DNA of 64,000 nucleotides from Capsulimonadaceae bacterium. Lineage in GTDB: Bacteria; Armatimonadota; Armatimonadia; Armatimonadales; Capsulimonadaceae. Position numbers and translations under genes: made by a program. Of this stretch, positions 50,157 through 60,170 are shown one piece after another. Location of the stretch: NCBI GenBank assembly GCA_965215505.1, contig OZ244065.1, positions 1,440,001 to 1,504,000 on the forward strand, written 5' to 3'. Under the pieces are notes generated by a model. That model saw only the letters and a list, made by a program, of their open reading frames with translations, did no database searches and was not told the origin of the DNA. Every line of letters starts with the position of its first letter. Position 1 is the stretch's first letter.

Positions 50157-50816
50157 ATGGAACCTACTGAGCGCCCGCGTGTCAAAATCTGCTGCATCGG
50201 GAGCATCGAAGAGGCATGGATCGCCGTCCGGGCGGGCGCGTCCGCGCTCGGCCTGGTCTCCGAGATGCCGAGCGGGCCGGGCGTCATCCCCGAAAACATC
50301 ATCGCGCATGTGGCGCGCGCCATTCCGCCCGGCGTCACGAGCGTGCTGCTCACCTGCCGGCAGGATGTCAGCAGCATCATCGCCCAGCAGAATCGAACGG
50401 GCGTCGGCGCGATCCAGATATGCGACCGGCTGCTGGAAGGCACTTACGACGATCTGCACCGGGCGATCCCCGGCGTCGGGCTGCTCCAGGTGATCCACGT
50501 CACCGGGCCGGAGTCGGTGGCCGAGGCCCGGCAGATCGCCCCGCACGTCCACGCGCTGCTCCTGGACTCGGGCGACCCGGCCCTGCCGGTCAAGGAACTC
50601 GGCGGCACGGGCCGCGTCCACGATTGGGGCCTCAGCCGGCAGATCCGCGGGCAGGTGGACGTGCCGGTCTACCTCGCGGGCGGTCTGACCCCGGAGAACG
50701 TGGCGGAGGCGGTCGCCGAGGTCGGCCCGTTCGGGCTTGACCTATGCAGCGGCGTCCGCACGGACGGCTGCCTGGATCCGGCGAAACTGTCCCGCTTCTT
50801 CGCGGCATTGGATTGA
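50157..50816 (+). CDS. trpF: Phosphoribosylanthranilate isomerase-like protein
   Basis: VKICCI, LLLDS, GGTG..HDW, LAGGL.PENV, DLCSGV. Confidence 0.85.
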   Translation: MEPTERPRVKICCIGSIEEAWIAVRAGASALGLVSEMPSGPGVIPENIIAHVARAIPPGVTSVLLTCRQDVSSIIAQQNRTGVGAIQICDRLLEGTYDDLHRAIPGVGLLQVIHVTGPESVAEARQIAPHVHALLLDSGDPALPVKELGGTGRVHDWGLSRQIRGQVDVPVYLAGGLTPENVAEAVAEVGPFGLDLCSGVRTDGCLDPAKLSRFFAALD

Positions 50817-50819
50817 CAC

Positions 50820-51695
50820 ATGGCAAACGCGACCGGCCTCGACCTCAGCCCGACGCTCGCAGACGCAAAGCGCCCCCCGCTGGCGACGGAACCCTGGACC
50901 GTCCGTCTGGTGTTCATCCTGGTGACGCTGCTGTTCCTGGGCCTGTTCCTGGGCCTGCCGCTGGCCGCCGTGTTCGCGCAGGCGTTCGCGAGCGGCCGGG
51001 GGGCGTACTTTGAGGCCGTCCGGGACCCGAACACACTCAGCGCGATCCGGCTGACCCTGCTCACGGCGGCCGTCTCGGTCCCGCTGAACGTCCTGTTCGG
51101 GGTCGCCGCCGCCTGGGCCATCGCCAAGTTCGAGTTCTGGGGCAAGAACATCCTGCTGACGCTGATTGACCTGCCGTTCGCGGTCTCGCCCGTCGTCGCC
51201 GGCCTGATCTTCGTGCTGCTGCTCGGCAAGTTCAGCCCGCTCGGGGGGCTGCTGGACGCGCACGGGATCAAGATCATCTTCGCCGTGCCGGGCATCATCG
51301 TGGCGACGACGTTCGTGACCTTCCCGTTCGTCGCCCGCGAACTGCTGCCGGTCATGCAGGCGCAGGGGGTGGAGGAAGAACAGGCCGCCATAGTGCTGGG
51401 CGCGACCGGCTGGCAGACCTTCTGGCGCGTCACCGTCCCGAACATCAAGTGGGGCCTGCTCTACGGCGTCATCCTGTGCAATGCCCGCGCGATGGGCGAG
51501 TTCGGGGCCGTCTCGGTCGTGTCGGGCAAGATCGTGGGCCAGACGAACACCCTGCCCCTGCAGGTGGAGGCGTTCAACGACGACTACAACTTCGTCGGCG
51601 CGTTCGCCGCCGCCTCGCTCCTGGCGATGCTGGGGCTTGTGACTCTGGTCGTGAAGTCGTTTGTCGAGTGGAGGACCGTCCATCGTGACCGTTGA
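50820..51695 (+). CDS. cysW: Sulfate ABC transporter permease CysW
   Basis: DLPFAVSPVVAG, FPFVAREL.P.M, ARAMGEFGAVSVVSG. Confidence 0.95.
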   Translation: MANATGLDLSPTLADAKRPPLATEPWTVRLVFILVTLLFLGLFLGLPLAAVFAQAFASGRGAYFEAVRDPNTLSAIRLTLLTAAVSVPLNVLFGVAAAWAIAKFEFWGKNILLTLIDLPFAVSPVVAGLIFVLLLGKFSPLGGLLDAHGIKIIFAVPGIIVATTFVTFPFVARELLPVMQAQGVEEEQAAIVLGATGWQTFWRVTVPNIKWGLLYGVILCNARAMGEFGAVSVVSGKIVGQTNTLPLQVEAFNDDYNFVGAFAAASLLAMLGLVTLVVKSFVEWRTVHRDR

Positions 51696-51719
51696 GAGAA
51701 ACCATGAGCAACGAAGTCT

Positions 51720-52790
51720 ATGAGCATTGAAGTACGCGACGTGTCAAAGACCTTCGGGAGCTTTGCCGCCCTCAAAGACGTGAGCCTCAAGGTCGAGACT
51801 GGAGAGCTTGTCGCCCTGCTCGGGCCTTCCGGGTCGGGCAAGACGACGCTGCTGCGGATCATCGCTGGGCTGGAGTTCCCGACGCAGGGGTCCATCCTGT
51901 TCGGGGATGAGGACATCGTCCGGCGTGACGCCCGCAGCCGCGAGGTGGGCTTCGTCTTCCAGCACTACGCCCTGTTCCGGCACATGACAGTGTTCGAGAA
52001 CATCGCCTTCGGCCTGCGCGTCCGGCCCCGCGCGACCCGGCCCTCCAAGGCGTTCATCACGGACCGCGTCATGGAGCTGTTGAAGCTGGTCCAACTGGAA
52101 GGGCTTGCCGCCCGCTATCCCTCCCAGCTTTCCGGCGGCCAGCGGCAGCGGGTCGCCCTGGCCCGCGCCCTCGCCGTCGAGCCGAAGGTGCTGCTGCTGG
52201 ACGAGCCGTTCGGCGCGCTCGACGCCCGCGTCCGCCAGGAGCTTCGTACCTGGCTGCGCCGCCTGCACGACGAGCTGCACATCACCAGCGTCTTCGTCAC
52301 CCACGACCAAGAGGAGGCTTTGGAGGTCTCCGACCGCGTGGTCGTGATGAACAAAGGCCAGATCGAGCAGATCGGCACGCCCGACGAGGTCTACGAGCAG
52401 CCCGCCAACCCGTTCGTGATGAACTTCCTGGGCAGCGTCAACCTCTTCCATGGCCGCGTCCACGACGGCGAGGCGCAGCTCGGCCCCCTGGCCGCCCCCG
52501 CACCCGGCCTGGGCGGCGTGCAAGACGCCCAGGCCATCGGCTATGTCCGCCCACATGAACTTGACATCGCCCGGCACCGCAACGGCACCCCCACCGTCGA
52601 GGCAGTCATCCGCCACATCACCGCCGTCGGCCCCACCGTCCGCCTGGAACTCGAACGCAGCGATGGCGGCGGCCAGATAGATGCCGAGCTGACCCGCGAG
52701 AGGTTCGGCGAGCTTGCCCTCAAAACCGGCGAACAGGTGCATGTCACCCCACGCAAGCTGCAAGTGTTCTTGGAAGATTACTCGATCTAG
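51720..52790 (+). CDS. cysA: Sulfate ABC transporter ATP-binding protein CysA
   Basis: [29 protein letters not shown]-terminal TOBE domain. Confidence 0.95.
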   Translation: MSIEVRDVSKTFGSFAALKDVSLKVETGELVALLGPSGSGKTTLLRIIAGLEFPTQGSILFGDEDIVRRDARSREVGFVFQHYALFRHMTVFENIAFGLRVRPRATRPSKAFITDRVMELLKLVQLEGLAARYPSQLSGGQRQRVALARALAVEPKVLLLDEPFGALDARVRQELRTWLRRLHDELHITSVFVTHDQEEALEVSDRVVVMNKGQIEQIGTPDEVYEQPANPFVMNFLGSVNLFHGRVHDGEAQLGPLAAPAPGLGGVQDAQAIGYVRPHELDIARHRNGTPTVEAVIRHITAVGPTVRLELERSDGGGQIDAELTRERFGELALKTGEQVHVTPRKLQVFLEDYSI

Positions 52791-52834
52791 ACCTGCCTGG
52801 AAGGACGAAAGACAGAAGAGGGCGAGGGGAGAAA

Positions 52835-52893
52835 GAGGGCGAGGGGACCTTGCCCCTACGCACGATGACGTAGGGGCGGGGTTCCCCGCCCTC
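52835..52893. repeat. GTAG-type REP doublet (family A)
   Basis: GAGGGCGAGGGGACCTTGCCCCTAC...GTAGGGGCGGGGTTCCCCGCCCTC between convergent genes. Confidence 0.8.
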
Positions 52894-52923
52894 TTCTCTC
52901 TGCCCCGCCTCTTTTTGCCCCGC

Positions 52924-53718
52924 CTACTCGTGCCAGATGAGCGGGTTCACTGCGTCATTGTCCAGCACGTCGCCGACGGTCAGCGTCTTGAAGTAATCTT
53001 CGGGCAGGATGTTCCGGGTGCCGTTGAATGTCTCGCCGTCGGGCATGTAGGCACAGGTCATCGCGCGGCGCGGCCTGTTGGTCATGTTCGCGCCCGCGCC
53101 GTGGGCGCACAGGCCGTTGTGGAAGACGGCGCTGCCGGCGGGGCACGGGCAGCCGACGGTGCCGATCCCGCGCCACTCCGGGTAGACTTTGAACAGATCA
53201 CCCTGGTTCCGGCCGATGCCCGCGTTCCGCCACGTCGCCGCCTTCTGAGTGCCCGGCAGATAGTACAGGCAGCCGTTGTCGCGCGTGGCGTCGTCAAGGG
53301 CCACCCAGAGGGACAGCGAATTGCGGGACGAGAACGACCAGTACGGGTTGTCCAGGTGCCAGCCGGTCGGGTTGCCGAAGGGCGGCTTGTAAAGCGCCTG
53401 GTCGTGCCAGATGCGGATGCCGTCCACGCCCGCCAATGTCGCGGCGACTTGCCCCAGGCGCGGGTCGAGCATCAGGGAGCGCATCCCCGCGTGCGAGTCG
53501 GCCAGCTTCAGGCATTGCGTGAAGACCTGGGCGTAGTAATCGTCCGGGTCGCCCTGGTTGTTCAGCGCGGAGGAGGCCGAAGCAAGCCGCTCGGCGACGG
53601 CCTCGTCCGTGGTCCGGCTCCAGTGCGCCGTTTCTTCGACGTCGAGGAAGCCCTCGATCACGAGAAAGCCGTTCTCCTGGTAGGAGCGCACCTGCTCCGA
53701 CGTCACTTGGTCCTTCAT
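52924..53718 (-). CDS. Phytanoyl-CoA dioxygenase (PhyH) family Fe/2OG oxygenase
   Basis: WHLD, WVALDD...NGCL...PG, FH....HGAG.N....RRA. Confidence 0.9.
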   Translation of the reverse strand: MKDQVTSEQVRSYQENGFLVIEGFLDVEETAHWSRTTDEAVAERLASASSALNNQGDPDDYYAQVFTQCLKLADSHAGMRSLMLDPRLGQVAATLAGVDGIRIWHDQALYKPPFGNPTGWHLDNPYWSFSSRNSLSLWVALDDATRDNGCLYYLPGTQKAATWRNAGIGRNQGDLFKVYPEWRGIGTVGCPCPAGSAVFHNGLCAHGAGANMTNRPRRAMTCAYMPDGETFNGTRNILPEDYFKTLTVGDVLDNDAVNPLIWHE

Positions 53719-53806
53719 TGGGGTTCTCCTTGACTGGTGTTACGCAGCGGCTGTCACAGCACTTGAGCGGGCATGGAAACTCCGGGTGCCCTCTTCCGGG
53801 CGGCTT

Positions 53807-53893
53807 GTCCCCTGGACAAATCCTGCCGGAGCGAGTGATTTCAATCACTCGTCCCACTCCCCCTTACTCGTCCTTGGCCTGCCTCGACTGGCG
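53807..53893 (+). repeat. Family-B palindromic element, single arm plus conserved flank
   Basis: GTCCCCTGGACAAATCCTGCCGGAGCGAGTGATTTCAATCACTCGTCC...CCTTGGCCTGCCTCGACTGGC. Confidence 0.8.
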
Positions 53894-53912
53894 CGTAACA
53901 TCCGCCAACACT

Positions 53913-54797
53913 TCAGCAGATCTTCTCGCGCCGGGCGGCCTCGCCGTGGCCGATGGGGTGTTCCCCCACCCAGCGCTCGTCTACAGGCTCGGAGGCCAGT
54001 TGGTAGCGCGTGTCGGAAGACAGCCGCACCTGGTCCGAGCCGTTGTCCAGGCTGCAATGGACGGTGAACATGCTGAAGGTCAGCAGGTCGCCCGCCTGGA
54101 AGTCCGCCGTCAGCCAGCGCCCCCCCAGCCGCTCGCGCAGGCGGACGGGGTTGAAGGTGAGCGCGCCGAATCCGCTGTTCCCAGTAGTACGGACGTCGCC
54201 ATGGTTGGTGCAGTAGGCGTCCACGTCTTTGGCCCCGTAGCCCAGCCGCAGGCGGTCGTGCTTGTGGGAGCCTTCCAGCACCAGCAGGCCGCCGATCTCG
54301 CGCGGGATGTCCCCCAGCGGCGTCCAGGCCGTGTACAGGTCGGACGTGCCGCGCCCCATGTAGACGATGTCGCAGTGCGGCGCGGTTCCCTGTCCCGGCG
54401 TCACCGCCCGCAGCCAGGTGTAGTCGAAGTGGCGCACCTCGCCGCCGAGCAGGCGCGCGTAGAAGGCCATCATGCGGCCCTCATAGAGCAGGCGCATCAG
54501 CGCGGGGTTGTCCTGGGTCAGCTCCGGCATGAAGTAGGAGGCACGGTCTTTGCGGGCGAGGGCGGCGGCGGCAGGCGTTCCCGGTTCCAGGCAGCCCGCC
54601 GATGCCAGCCGGTCCAGCAGCGCGGCGCGCGCGTCCAAGACCTCCGCGCGGTCCAGGTAGCCGGGCAAATAGAGGTAGCCGTCTTCGCGTATCCGTTCGC
54701 GCAGTGCCGCGCCATCGTCCACGATGTCCAGCGAGCGGCGCAGCTCGCCGAAGGCGTCGGGCGAAGTGTCCAGTTCCAATTTCTGCGTGGTCAGCAT
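53913..54797 (-). CDS. PhyH family Fe/2OG oxygenase
   Basis: HCD..YMGRG, WTPLGD, EGSH, H.S.DN....RLS.D.RYQ; GGAGG RBS. Confidence 0.88.
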   Translation of the reverse strand: MLTTQKLELDTSPDAFGELRRSLDIVDDGAALRERIREDGYLYLPGYLDRAEVLDARAALLDRLASAGCLEPGTPAAAALARKDRASYFMPELTQDNPALMRLLYEGRMMAFYARLLGGEVRHFDYTWLRAVTPGQGTAPHCDIVYMGRGTSDLYTAWTPLGDIPREIGGLLVLEGSHKHDRLRLGYGAKDVDAYCTNHGDVRTTGNSGFGALTFNPVRLRERLGGRWLTADFQAGDLLTFSMFTVHCSLDNGSDQVRLSSDTRYQLASEPVDERWVGEHPIGHGEAARREKIC

Positions 54798-54912
54798 CGC
54801 ATCCTCCGGCATTTCGGCTGGGGTTAGAGCAAAAGCACCGGCACTGGAAGTGCCGGTGCCTTTCCCACATCATACTGCATTTTCAGGCCATGTGCAAAGA
54901 TGTGGGCGGGCC

Positions 54913-56718
54913 TTAACGGCCCTGCCGGTACTCGGCCCACAGCGCCTCGAACTCGCCCACCAGGCCCGCCAGCACGTCGAAGCCGCCCTGCCAGAAGGCG
55001 GGGTCGTCCAGCGTGACGCCGACCTTGTCCATGAGTTCCTGCGGGGTCAGGCTGCCGCCCGCTTCCAGCATCCGCAGGTACTTCTCGGCGAAGGCAGAAC
55101 CTTCCTTCTTGGCCTGCTGATACAAGGACAGCACCAGAAGCTCGCCGAAGGAGTAGGCGTAGACGTAGAACGGCGACCCGATGAAGTGGCCGATGTAGGA
55201 CCACCACAGGCGGTGTTCATCCCCCAGCTCGACCGAGTCGCCGAACATCATCTGCACCTCGCGCTGCCAGTGTTCGCCGAACTCCTCCGTCGTCAGCTCG
55301 CCCTTCGTCCGCCGGTGCTCGTGGATCGCCCGCTCGAACCGGTACATCGCCGTCTGGCGCGGGATCGTCGCGAACGCGCCCTCGATCTTCTCGGCATACA
55401 GGGCCAGCTTGTCCTTCAGCGATGCCGACCCGGTGACACGCTCGAAAACCAGCATCTCTCCGAACGTGGACGCGAGTTCAGCCAGCGGCAGCGTCCCGTG
55501 GAAGTTCAGGAGCGACTGCGACCGCGAGAGCGAGGCATGAACGCCGTGCCCCAATTCGTGCGCCAGGGTCATCACGTCCTTCATCCGGCCCAAATAGTTC
55601 ATCAGGACATACGGGTGCAGGTCCGGCGTCACATAGGAGCAGAACGCGCCGCCCTCCTTGCCCTTGGCGGCGGGCGCGTCTATCCAGTCCTTGTCGAAGA
55701 ACTCCGAGGCCCGGCGGCGCATCTCAGGCGAGAAGTCGCCGAAGGCGTTCAGCACGATGCCCTGCGCTTCGGGGTAGGTGATGGTGCCCTCGGCCTCGAA
55801 CAGCGGCGCGTAGCGGTCGTAGTGCGTGAGCGTGTCCAGACCCAATATCTCGCGCTTGACATGATAGTAACGGGCGACAAGCGGGTAGTTGCGGACGACG
55901 GTGTCCACGACGAGAGTGACCGTCTCCTCGGTCAGCTCGTTGTCCAGGTGCCGGGACGCCTGCGGGGCCGCGAACCCGCGCAGGCGGTCCTTGACGTTTT
56001 TGTCCTGCATCAAGGTGTTGAAGATGAAGGTCAGCGTCTTGCTGCTCTTTTGCAGGCCCTCGGTGAAGGCCGCCGCCGCCAGTCGGCGCGTCTCGCGGTC
56101 CGGGTCCATGATCTTCGCGATGACCTCGGCCTGGCTCAGTTCCTCGCCGCCCAGGGCGAAGGTCGCCCCCGCCGTAGTCTCGTCGAACAGGCGGTCGAAG
56201 GCGCGGCCGCCGGTGTTCGCCAGCTCCTCCATCAGCCTTTCCTCGGTTTCGGACAGCATGTGTTCGCGCGCCGCCCGCACCGTGCCGATGTAGTGCCTGT
56301 ACGGCGCGACCGGGGCCGCCCCCAAAAGCGGCTCAACAACATCGTCCGGCACGGCGGCCAGTTCCAGGTCGAAGAACAGCAGCGGCAGGGCCAGCCTCGT
56401 CCCCTGCTCGCGCATCCGTTGCAGGAACGCCCCGCGCTCCGGGTCGCCCATGTCGGTCGTGAACAGCAGCGAGGCGAAGATGGCCGGCTTGGACGCCTGC
56501 TGCTGGATGTCCTCATACTCGGCCAGGGCCGCGCCCAGCGTGTCGGCGGTCAGGCCGGGCGCGTTGATCCGGCCCCTGTAATCGCGCTCGAACTTCTCGG
56601 CGCGGGCCTGCGAGGCGGCCAGCGTCTCCTCGATGCGCGGGTCGGCGATGCCGCCATACAGGTCGGCGAGGTTCCAGTGGACGTTTGCGCCCAGATCAGG
56701 AGTAACTTCGATGGTCAA
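54913..56718 (-). CDS. Oligoendopeptidase F (peptidase M3B)
   Basis: WNLADLY, GK.GGAF, HELGH, AE.AS.F.E, FYVYAY; TTG start tentative. Confidence 0.92.
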   Translation of the reverse strand: MTIEVTPDLGANVHWNLADLYGGIADPRIEETLAASQARAEKFERDYRGRINAPGLTADTLGAALAEYEDIQQQASKPAIFASLLFTTDMGDPERGAFLQRMREQGTRLALPLLFFDLELAAVPDDVVEPLLGAAPVAPYRHYIGTVRAAREHMLSETEERLMEELANTGGRAFDRLFDETTAGATFALGGEELSQAEVIAKIMDPDRETRRLAAAAFTEGLQKSSKTLTFIFNTLMQDKNVKDRLRGFAAPQASRHLDNELTEETVTLVVDTVVRNYPLVARYYHVKREILGLDTLTHYDRYAPLFEAEGTITYPEAQGIVLNAFGDFSPEMRRRASEFFDKDWIDAPAAKGKEGGAFCSYVTPDLHPYVLMNYLGRMKDVMTLAHELGHGVHASLSRSQSLLNFHGTLPLAELASTFGEMLVFERVTGSASLKDKLALYAEKIEGAFATIPRQTAMYRFERAIHEHRRTKGELTTEEFGEHWQREVQMMFGDSVELGDEHRLWWSYIGHFIGSPFYVYAYSFGELLVLSLYQQAKKEGSAFAEKYLRMLEAGGSLTPQELMDKVGVTLDDPAFWQGGFDVLAGLVGEFEALWAEYRQGR

Positions 56719-56832
56719 AAGGCATCTCTTTTCTCGATCAAATGGCCTATTATACCCGTATGCCCGACATTGTGAAAAAAGTTGCAATGTCGGGCGAGGC
56801 TGGGTACAATGTTGGCAGGAAAGAGGACATTC

Positions 56833-57738
56833 ATGTCAGTAACCGAGACGAGGCCGCGCCACCCGGTGGCACGCGGGGTGCATCAGACGAAGGTCATCCT
56901 GGAAATGATCAAGTTCGAGCATACCGTCTTCATGCTGCCCTTCGCGCTGATGGCCGCCGTCGTCGCCTCGCGCCACGACTGGCTGATGTTCGCGCACAAG
57001 GTCCTCTGGATACTGCTGGCGATGGTCGGCGCGCGGTCCGCCGCCATGGCCTTCAACCGCGTCGTGGACAGGCGGTACGACGCCCTCAACCCGCGCACCG
57101 CCAAGCGCGCCCTGCCCGCCGGGCTTCTCTCCGTCCCGCAGGTGGTTGCCTTCACGGTCGTCGCAGCGGCCCTGCTCGTCTTCGCATCTTACATGCTGAA
57201 CCCGCTGGCCTTCGCGCTCTCCCCGGTCGCCCTGCTGCTGGCCCTGGGCTACTCCTACACCAAGCGATTCACCGCCTTCTCACACTTCTTTCTGGGGCTT
57301 GCCCTCGCCGTCGCACCGGTCGGCGCATGGATCGCGGTTACGGGCCGGATCGAGCCGCCCACGCTCTGGCTCGGGGGAGCTGTAGTCTGCTGGCTGTTCG
57401 GCTTCGACATCCTGTACGCCTTGCAGGACACCGAGTTCGACCGCGCGAACGGCCTCCACTCCATGCCCGCGCTGCTGGGCAATGCCCGCGCCCTGCTCGT
57501 CTCGCGGCTTTCCCATCTGGTTATGATCGGTCTGCTCGTGATGACCGGCCTGTCGGCGGGCCTGGGCGTGGTCTACTTCCTCGCCGTCGCCCTGGTCGCC
57601 GGGCTGATCGCCTGGGAGCAGTCGCTGGTCAAACACGACGACCTCTCGCGCCTGGACATGGCCTTTTTCACGCTCAACGGCTACATCAGCGCCGGGCTTT
57701 TCCTGCTGACGTTGGTGGATGTTCTGGTACGGAGGTAG
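56833..57738 (+). CDS. UbiA-family prenyltransferase (MqnP-like)
   Basis: MIKFEHTVF.LPFA, ARSAAM.FNR..D...D..NPRT..R, YSYTKRFT, FD..YA.QD; near mqnA. Confidence 0.88.
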   Translation: MSVTETRPRHPVARGVHQTKVILEMIKFEHTVFMLPFALMAAVVASRHDWLMFAHKVLWILLAMVGARSAAMAFNRVVDRRYDALNPRTAKRALPAGLLSVPQVVAFTVVAAALLVFASYMLNPLAFALSPVALLLALGYSYTKRFTAFSHFFLGLALAVAPVGAWIAVTGRIEPPTLWLGGAVVCWLFGFDILYALQDTEFDRANGLHSMPALLGNARALLVSRLSHLVMIGLLVMTGLSAGLGVVYFLAVALVAGLIAWEQSLVKHDDLSRLDMAFFTLNGYISAGLFLLTLVDVLVRR

Positions 57739-57741
57739 GCG

Positions 57742-58692
57742 ATGGCGACACACGAGATCGTGCCCGAACGGGCCACGCTGCATGGGGCGTTTTCAAGGGA
57801 CCGCAAGCCGTGCCTCACCATCGCCTCCGGCGACACGGTGCGCTACAAGACATTAGAAGCGGGCTGGAGCATCGCGCCGCGCCGAACCGGCGACCGGAGC
57901 GAAACTCTTACCATCTTCGAGCCGCGCGATGAGGCCGGGGACCGGGGCCACGCGCTCTGCGGCCCCGTCTTCATTGAGGGCGCCGAGCCGGGCATGACGC
58001 TGGAGGTGCAGATCGGAGACGTGATCCCCGCCGGCTCGGGCTACGTCTACTCCGGCGGGTGGAGGACGCCTCTGAATGAGCGGCTGGGAGTGGCGGAGGG
58101 GGCCGGCACGGTCCATGTGTGGTCCCTGGACGCCGGCACCATGACGGGCCGGAACCAGCACGGTCATGAGGTCGCCCTGCGGCCGTTCATGGGCGTCATG
58201 GGGATGCCCCAGGATGTTCCAGGGCTGCAATCCACCACGCCGCCGCGCGTGACGGGCGGCAACATGGACTGCAAGGAGCTGGTCACGGGCAGCTCGCTGT
58301 TCCTGCCCGTCGCGGTGCCCGGCGGCCTGTTCTCGGTCGGCGACGGCCACGCGACTCAGGCGGACGGCGAGGTCTCGGGGCTGGCCATCGAGTGCCCCAT
58401 GGAGCGCCTAAACCTGACGTTCCGCCTGCACCCGCAGATATCCCTGACCACACCGCGCGCCAACACGCCCGCCGGGTGGCTCACCCTGGGCTTCGACGAG
58501 GACCTGGACAAAGCCATGCAGACCGCCCTGGACGCCATGCTGGACCTGATGGGCGAGCTGCACGGCCTGGGCAGGCGGGACGCGCTGGCCCTGGCAAGCC
58601 TCGTCGTAGACCTCCGCGTCACGCAGGTGGTCAACACCGTGCAGGGAGTCCACGCACTGCTGCCGCACGAGGCGCTCAAGATGCCCGCCTAA
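57742..58692 (+). CDS. Acetamidase/formamidase family protein
   Basis: H.L.GP..IEGAEPG, GGNMD, GDGHA.Q.DGEV.G.AIE. Confidence 0.9.
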   Translation: MATHEIVPERATLHGAFSRDRKPCLTIASGDTVRYKTLEAGWSIAPRRTGDRSETLTIFEPRDEAGDRGHALCGPVFIEGAEPGMTLEVQIGDVIPAGSGYVYSGGWRTPLNERLGVAEGAGTVHVWSLDAGTMTGRNQHGHEVALRPFMGVMGMPQDVPGLQSTTPPRVTGGNMDCKELVTGSSLFLPVAVPGGLFSVGDGHATQADGEVSGLAIECPMERLNLTFRLHPQISLTTPRANTPAGWLTLGFDEDLDKAMQTALDAMLDLMGELHGLGRRDALALASLVVDLRVTQVVNTVQGVHALLPHEALKMPA

Positions 58693-59222
58693 ACGGCGGG
58701 ACTGGCTGCCGCCTCTCCGGTACCGCCCGCCGCCAGATGCACCTCGCCGCCCGTCGCCGCTTCCAGCTCCTCGGCGTCGTCGGCATCGGCGCTCGTTTTG
58801 TAGTGCAGTGCCTTTTCGGCGGAAACCGTCGTTCCGTGGTCGTCCGAGGATTTGAACGTGATATGGTCGGCCATCTGCCGGACCAGTTGCAGGCCGAAGC
58901 CGCCCAGGCGCTCGGACCCGTCCTGGTCAGGCCGGGCCGCACCGACTTCCCGGATGTCTTGGAGCGAGAAGCCGACGCCTTTGTCCTCGACGATGATTGC
59001 CACGCGGTCCGCATGGTACTCTAAGGTGAGCAGGAACCGGCCGTCGCCGACCGCCTGGGCGTGGCGCACGACGTTCGTGCAAAGCTCGCCCACGATGAAC
59101 TCGATGTCGGCGATGTCTCGGTCAATGACGCCCAGGTCGCCCAGTAGGGTGTGCCCGATGCGCCGGGCGATCCGCAGAAAAGTCCCGTCGCCGGGCAGGT
59201 CCAGCGACACCTTGAGTATCAT
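58689..59222 (-). CDS. RsbW-like anti-sigma / HATPase_c Ser kinase
   Basis: EL.TNVVRHA, DKGVGF, GGFGL.L, GTTV; GGAGG RBS. Confidence 0.85.
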   Translation of the reverse strand: MILKVSLDLPGDGTFLRIARRIGHTLLGDLGVIDRDIADIEFIVGELCTNVVRHAQAVGDGRFLLTLEYHADRVAIIVEDKGVGFSLQDIREVGAARPDQDGSERLGGFGLQLVRQMADHITFKSSDDHGTTVSAEKALHYKTSADADDAEELEAATGGEVHLAAGGTGEAAASPAV

Positions 59223-59320
59223 GTTGCCCTCCTGTGGGTAGGCCTCGTGCCATAGGCAGGGTGTTCCCGAAACGGATTGGGCCGAAACGGAACGAACAGA
59301 CTGACGGATTGGAACGAACC

Positions 59321-60130
59321 ATGACAACGAAGATCGGCAGCGTGCCGTACCTGAACGAGAAGCCGCTGACGCGCTGGTTCTCGCACACCGAGGAAGGCCG
59401 GGCGTCCGGCGTGGCGGTCGTCTACGCCGTCCCCTCGCAGCTCGCGCGGATGCTTCAGGCGGGCGAGATCGCCGCCGCGCTCGTCTCCTCGTTCGAGTAC
59501 TTCCGGACGCCGGGCTACGCCGTCGTCCCCGGCATCTCCATCTCCGGGCAGGGCGATATCGAGTCGGTCCGCGCCTTCGCCCGCGCCCCCTGGCGCAAGA
59601 TCGAGACGCTGGCCCTGGACACCTCCTCGCTGACCTCGGCCGCCCTGCTCAAGATCCTGCTGGACGAGCAGCTCGACTCCCACCCTGCCTTCCTCCACGC
59701 CGCCCCAGACCTCGACTCGATGCTGGGCCAGGCGGACGCCTGCCTGCTGATCGGGGACAAAGGGATGCTGGCGGATGGCGACGGCCTGAACGTCCTTGAC
59801 CTCGGCCACGCCTGGCGGCGGCTGACCGGCCTGCCGTTCGTCTACGCCGTCTGGATGGGCAAGGCCGAAAACCTCACCCCGCACCTCGTCGAATCGCTTA
59901 CGGCGGCCAAAGCCTGGGGCGTGACGCAGACCGAGATCATCGCGGAAGAGGAGTCCCGCCGCATCGGTGCCTCGGTCCGCCAGTGCCGGCATTACCTCAC
60001 GGAAGTCATGGACTACGATCTGGGCGAGGAACACCTCCAGGCGCTGGAGACGTTCGGCCGGAAGGCGCGGACGCAGCAGCTACTCCCCGAAGTGCCCGGC
60101 CCGGTCCATGTGGTGGGTGCCGACGATTAG
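59321..60130 (+). CDS. mqnA: Chorismate dehydratase (futalosine pathway)
   Basis: IG.VPYLN..PL, S.TS..L, LLIGD, DLG..W...TGLPFVYAVW. Confidence 0.9.
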   Translation: MTTKIGSVPYLNEKPLTRWFSHTEEGRASGVAVVYAVPSQLARMLQAGEIAAALVSSFEYFRTPGYAVVPGISISGQGDIESVRAFARAPWRKIETLALDTSSLTSAALLKILLDEQLDSHPAFLHAAPDLDSMLGQADACLLIGDKGMLADGDGLNVLDLGHAWRRLTGLPFVYAVWMGKAENLTPHLVESLTAAKAWGVTQTEIIAEEESRRIGASVRQCRHYLTEVMDYDLGEEHLQALETFGRKARTQQLLPEVPGPVHVVGADD

Positions 60131-60170
60131 GCGCGGCGGTCCGGTACAATGCTCTCAGGAGAACACGCCC

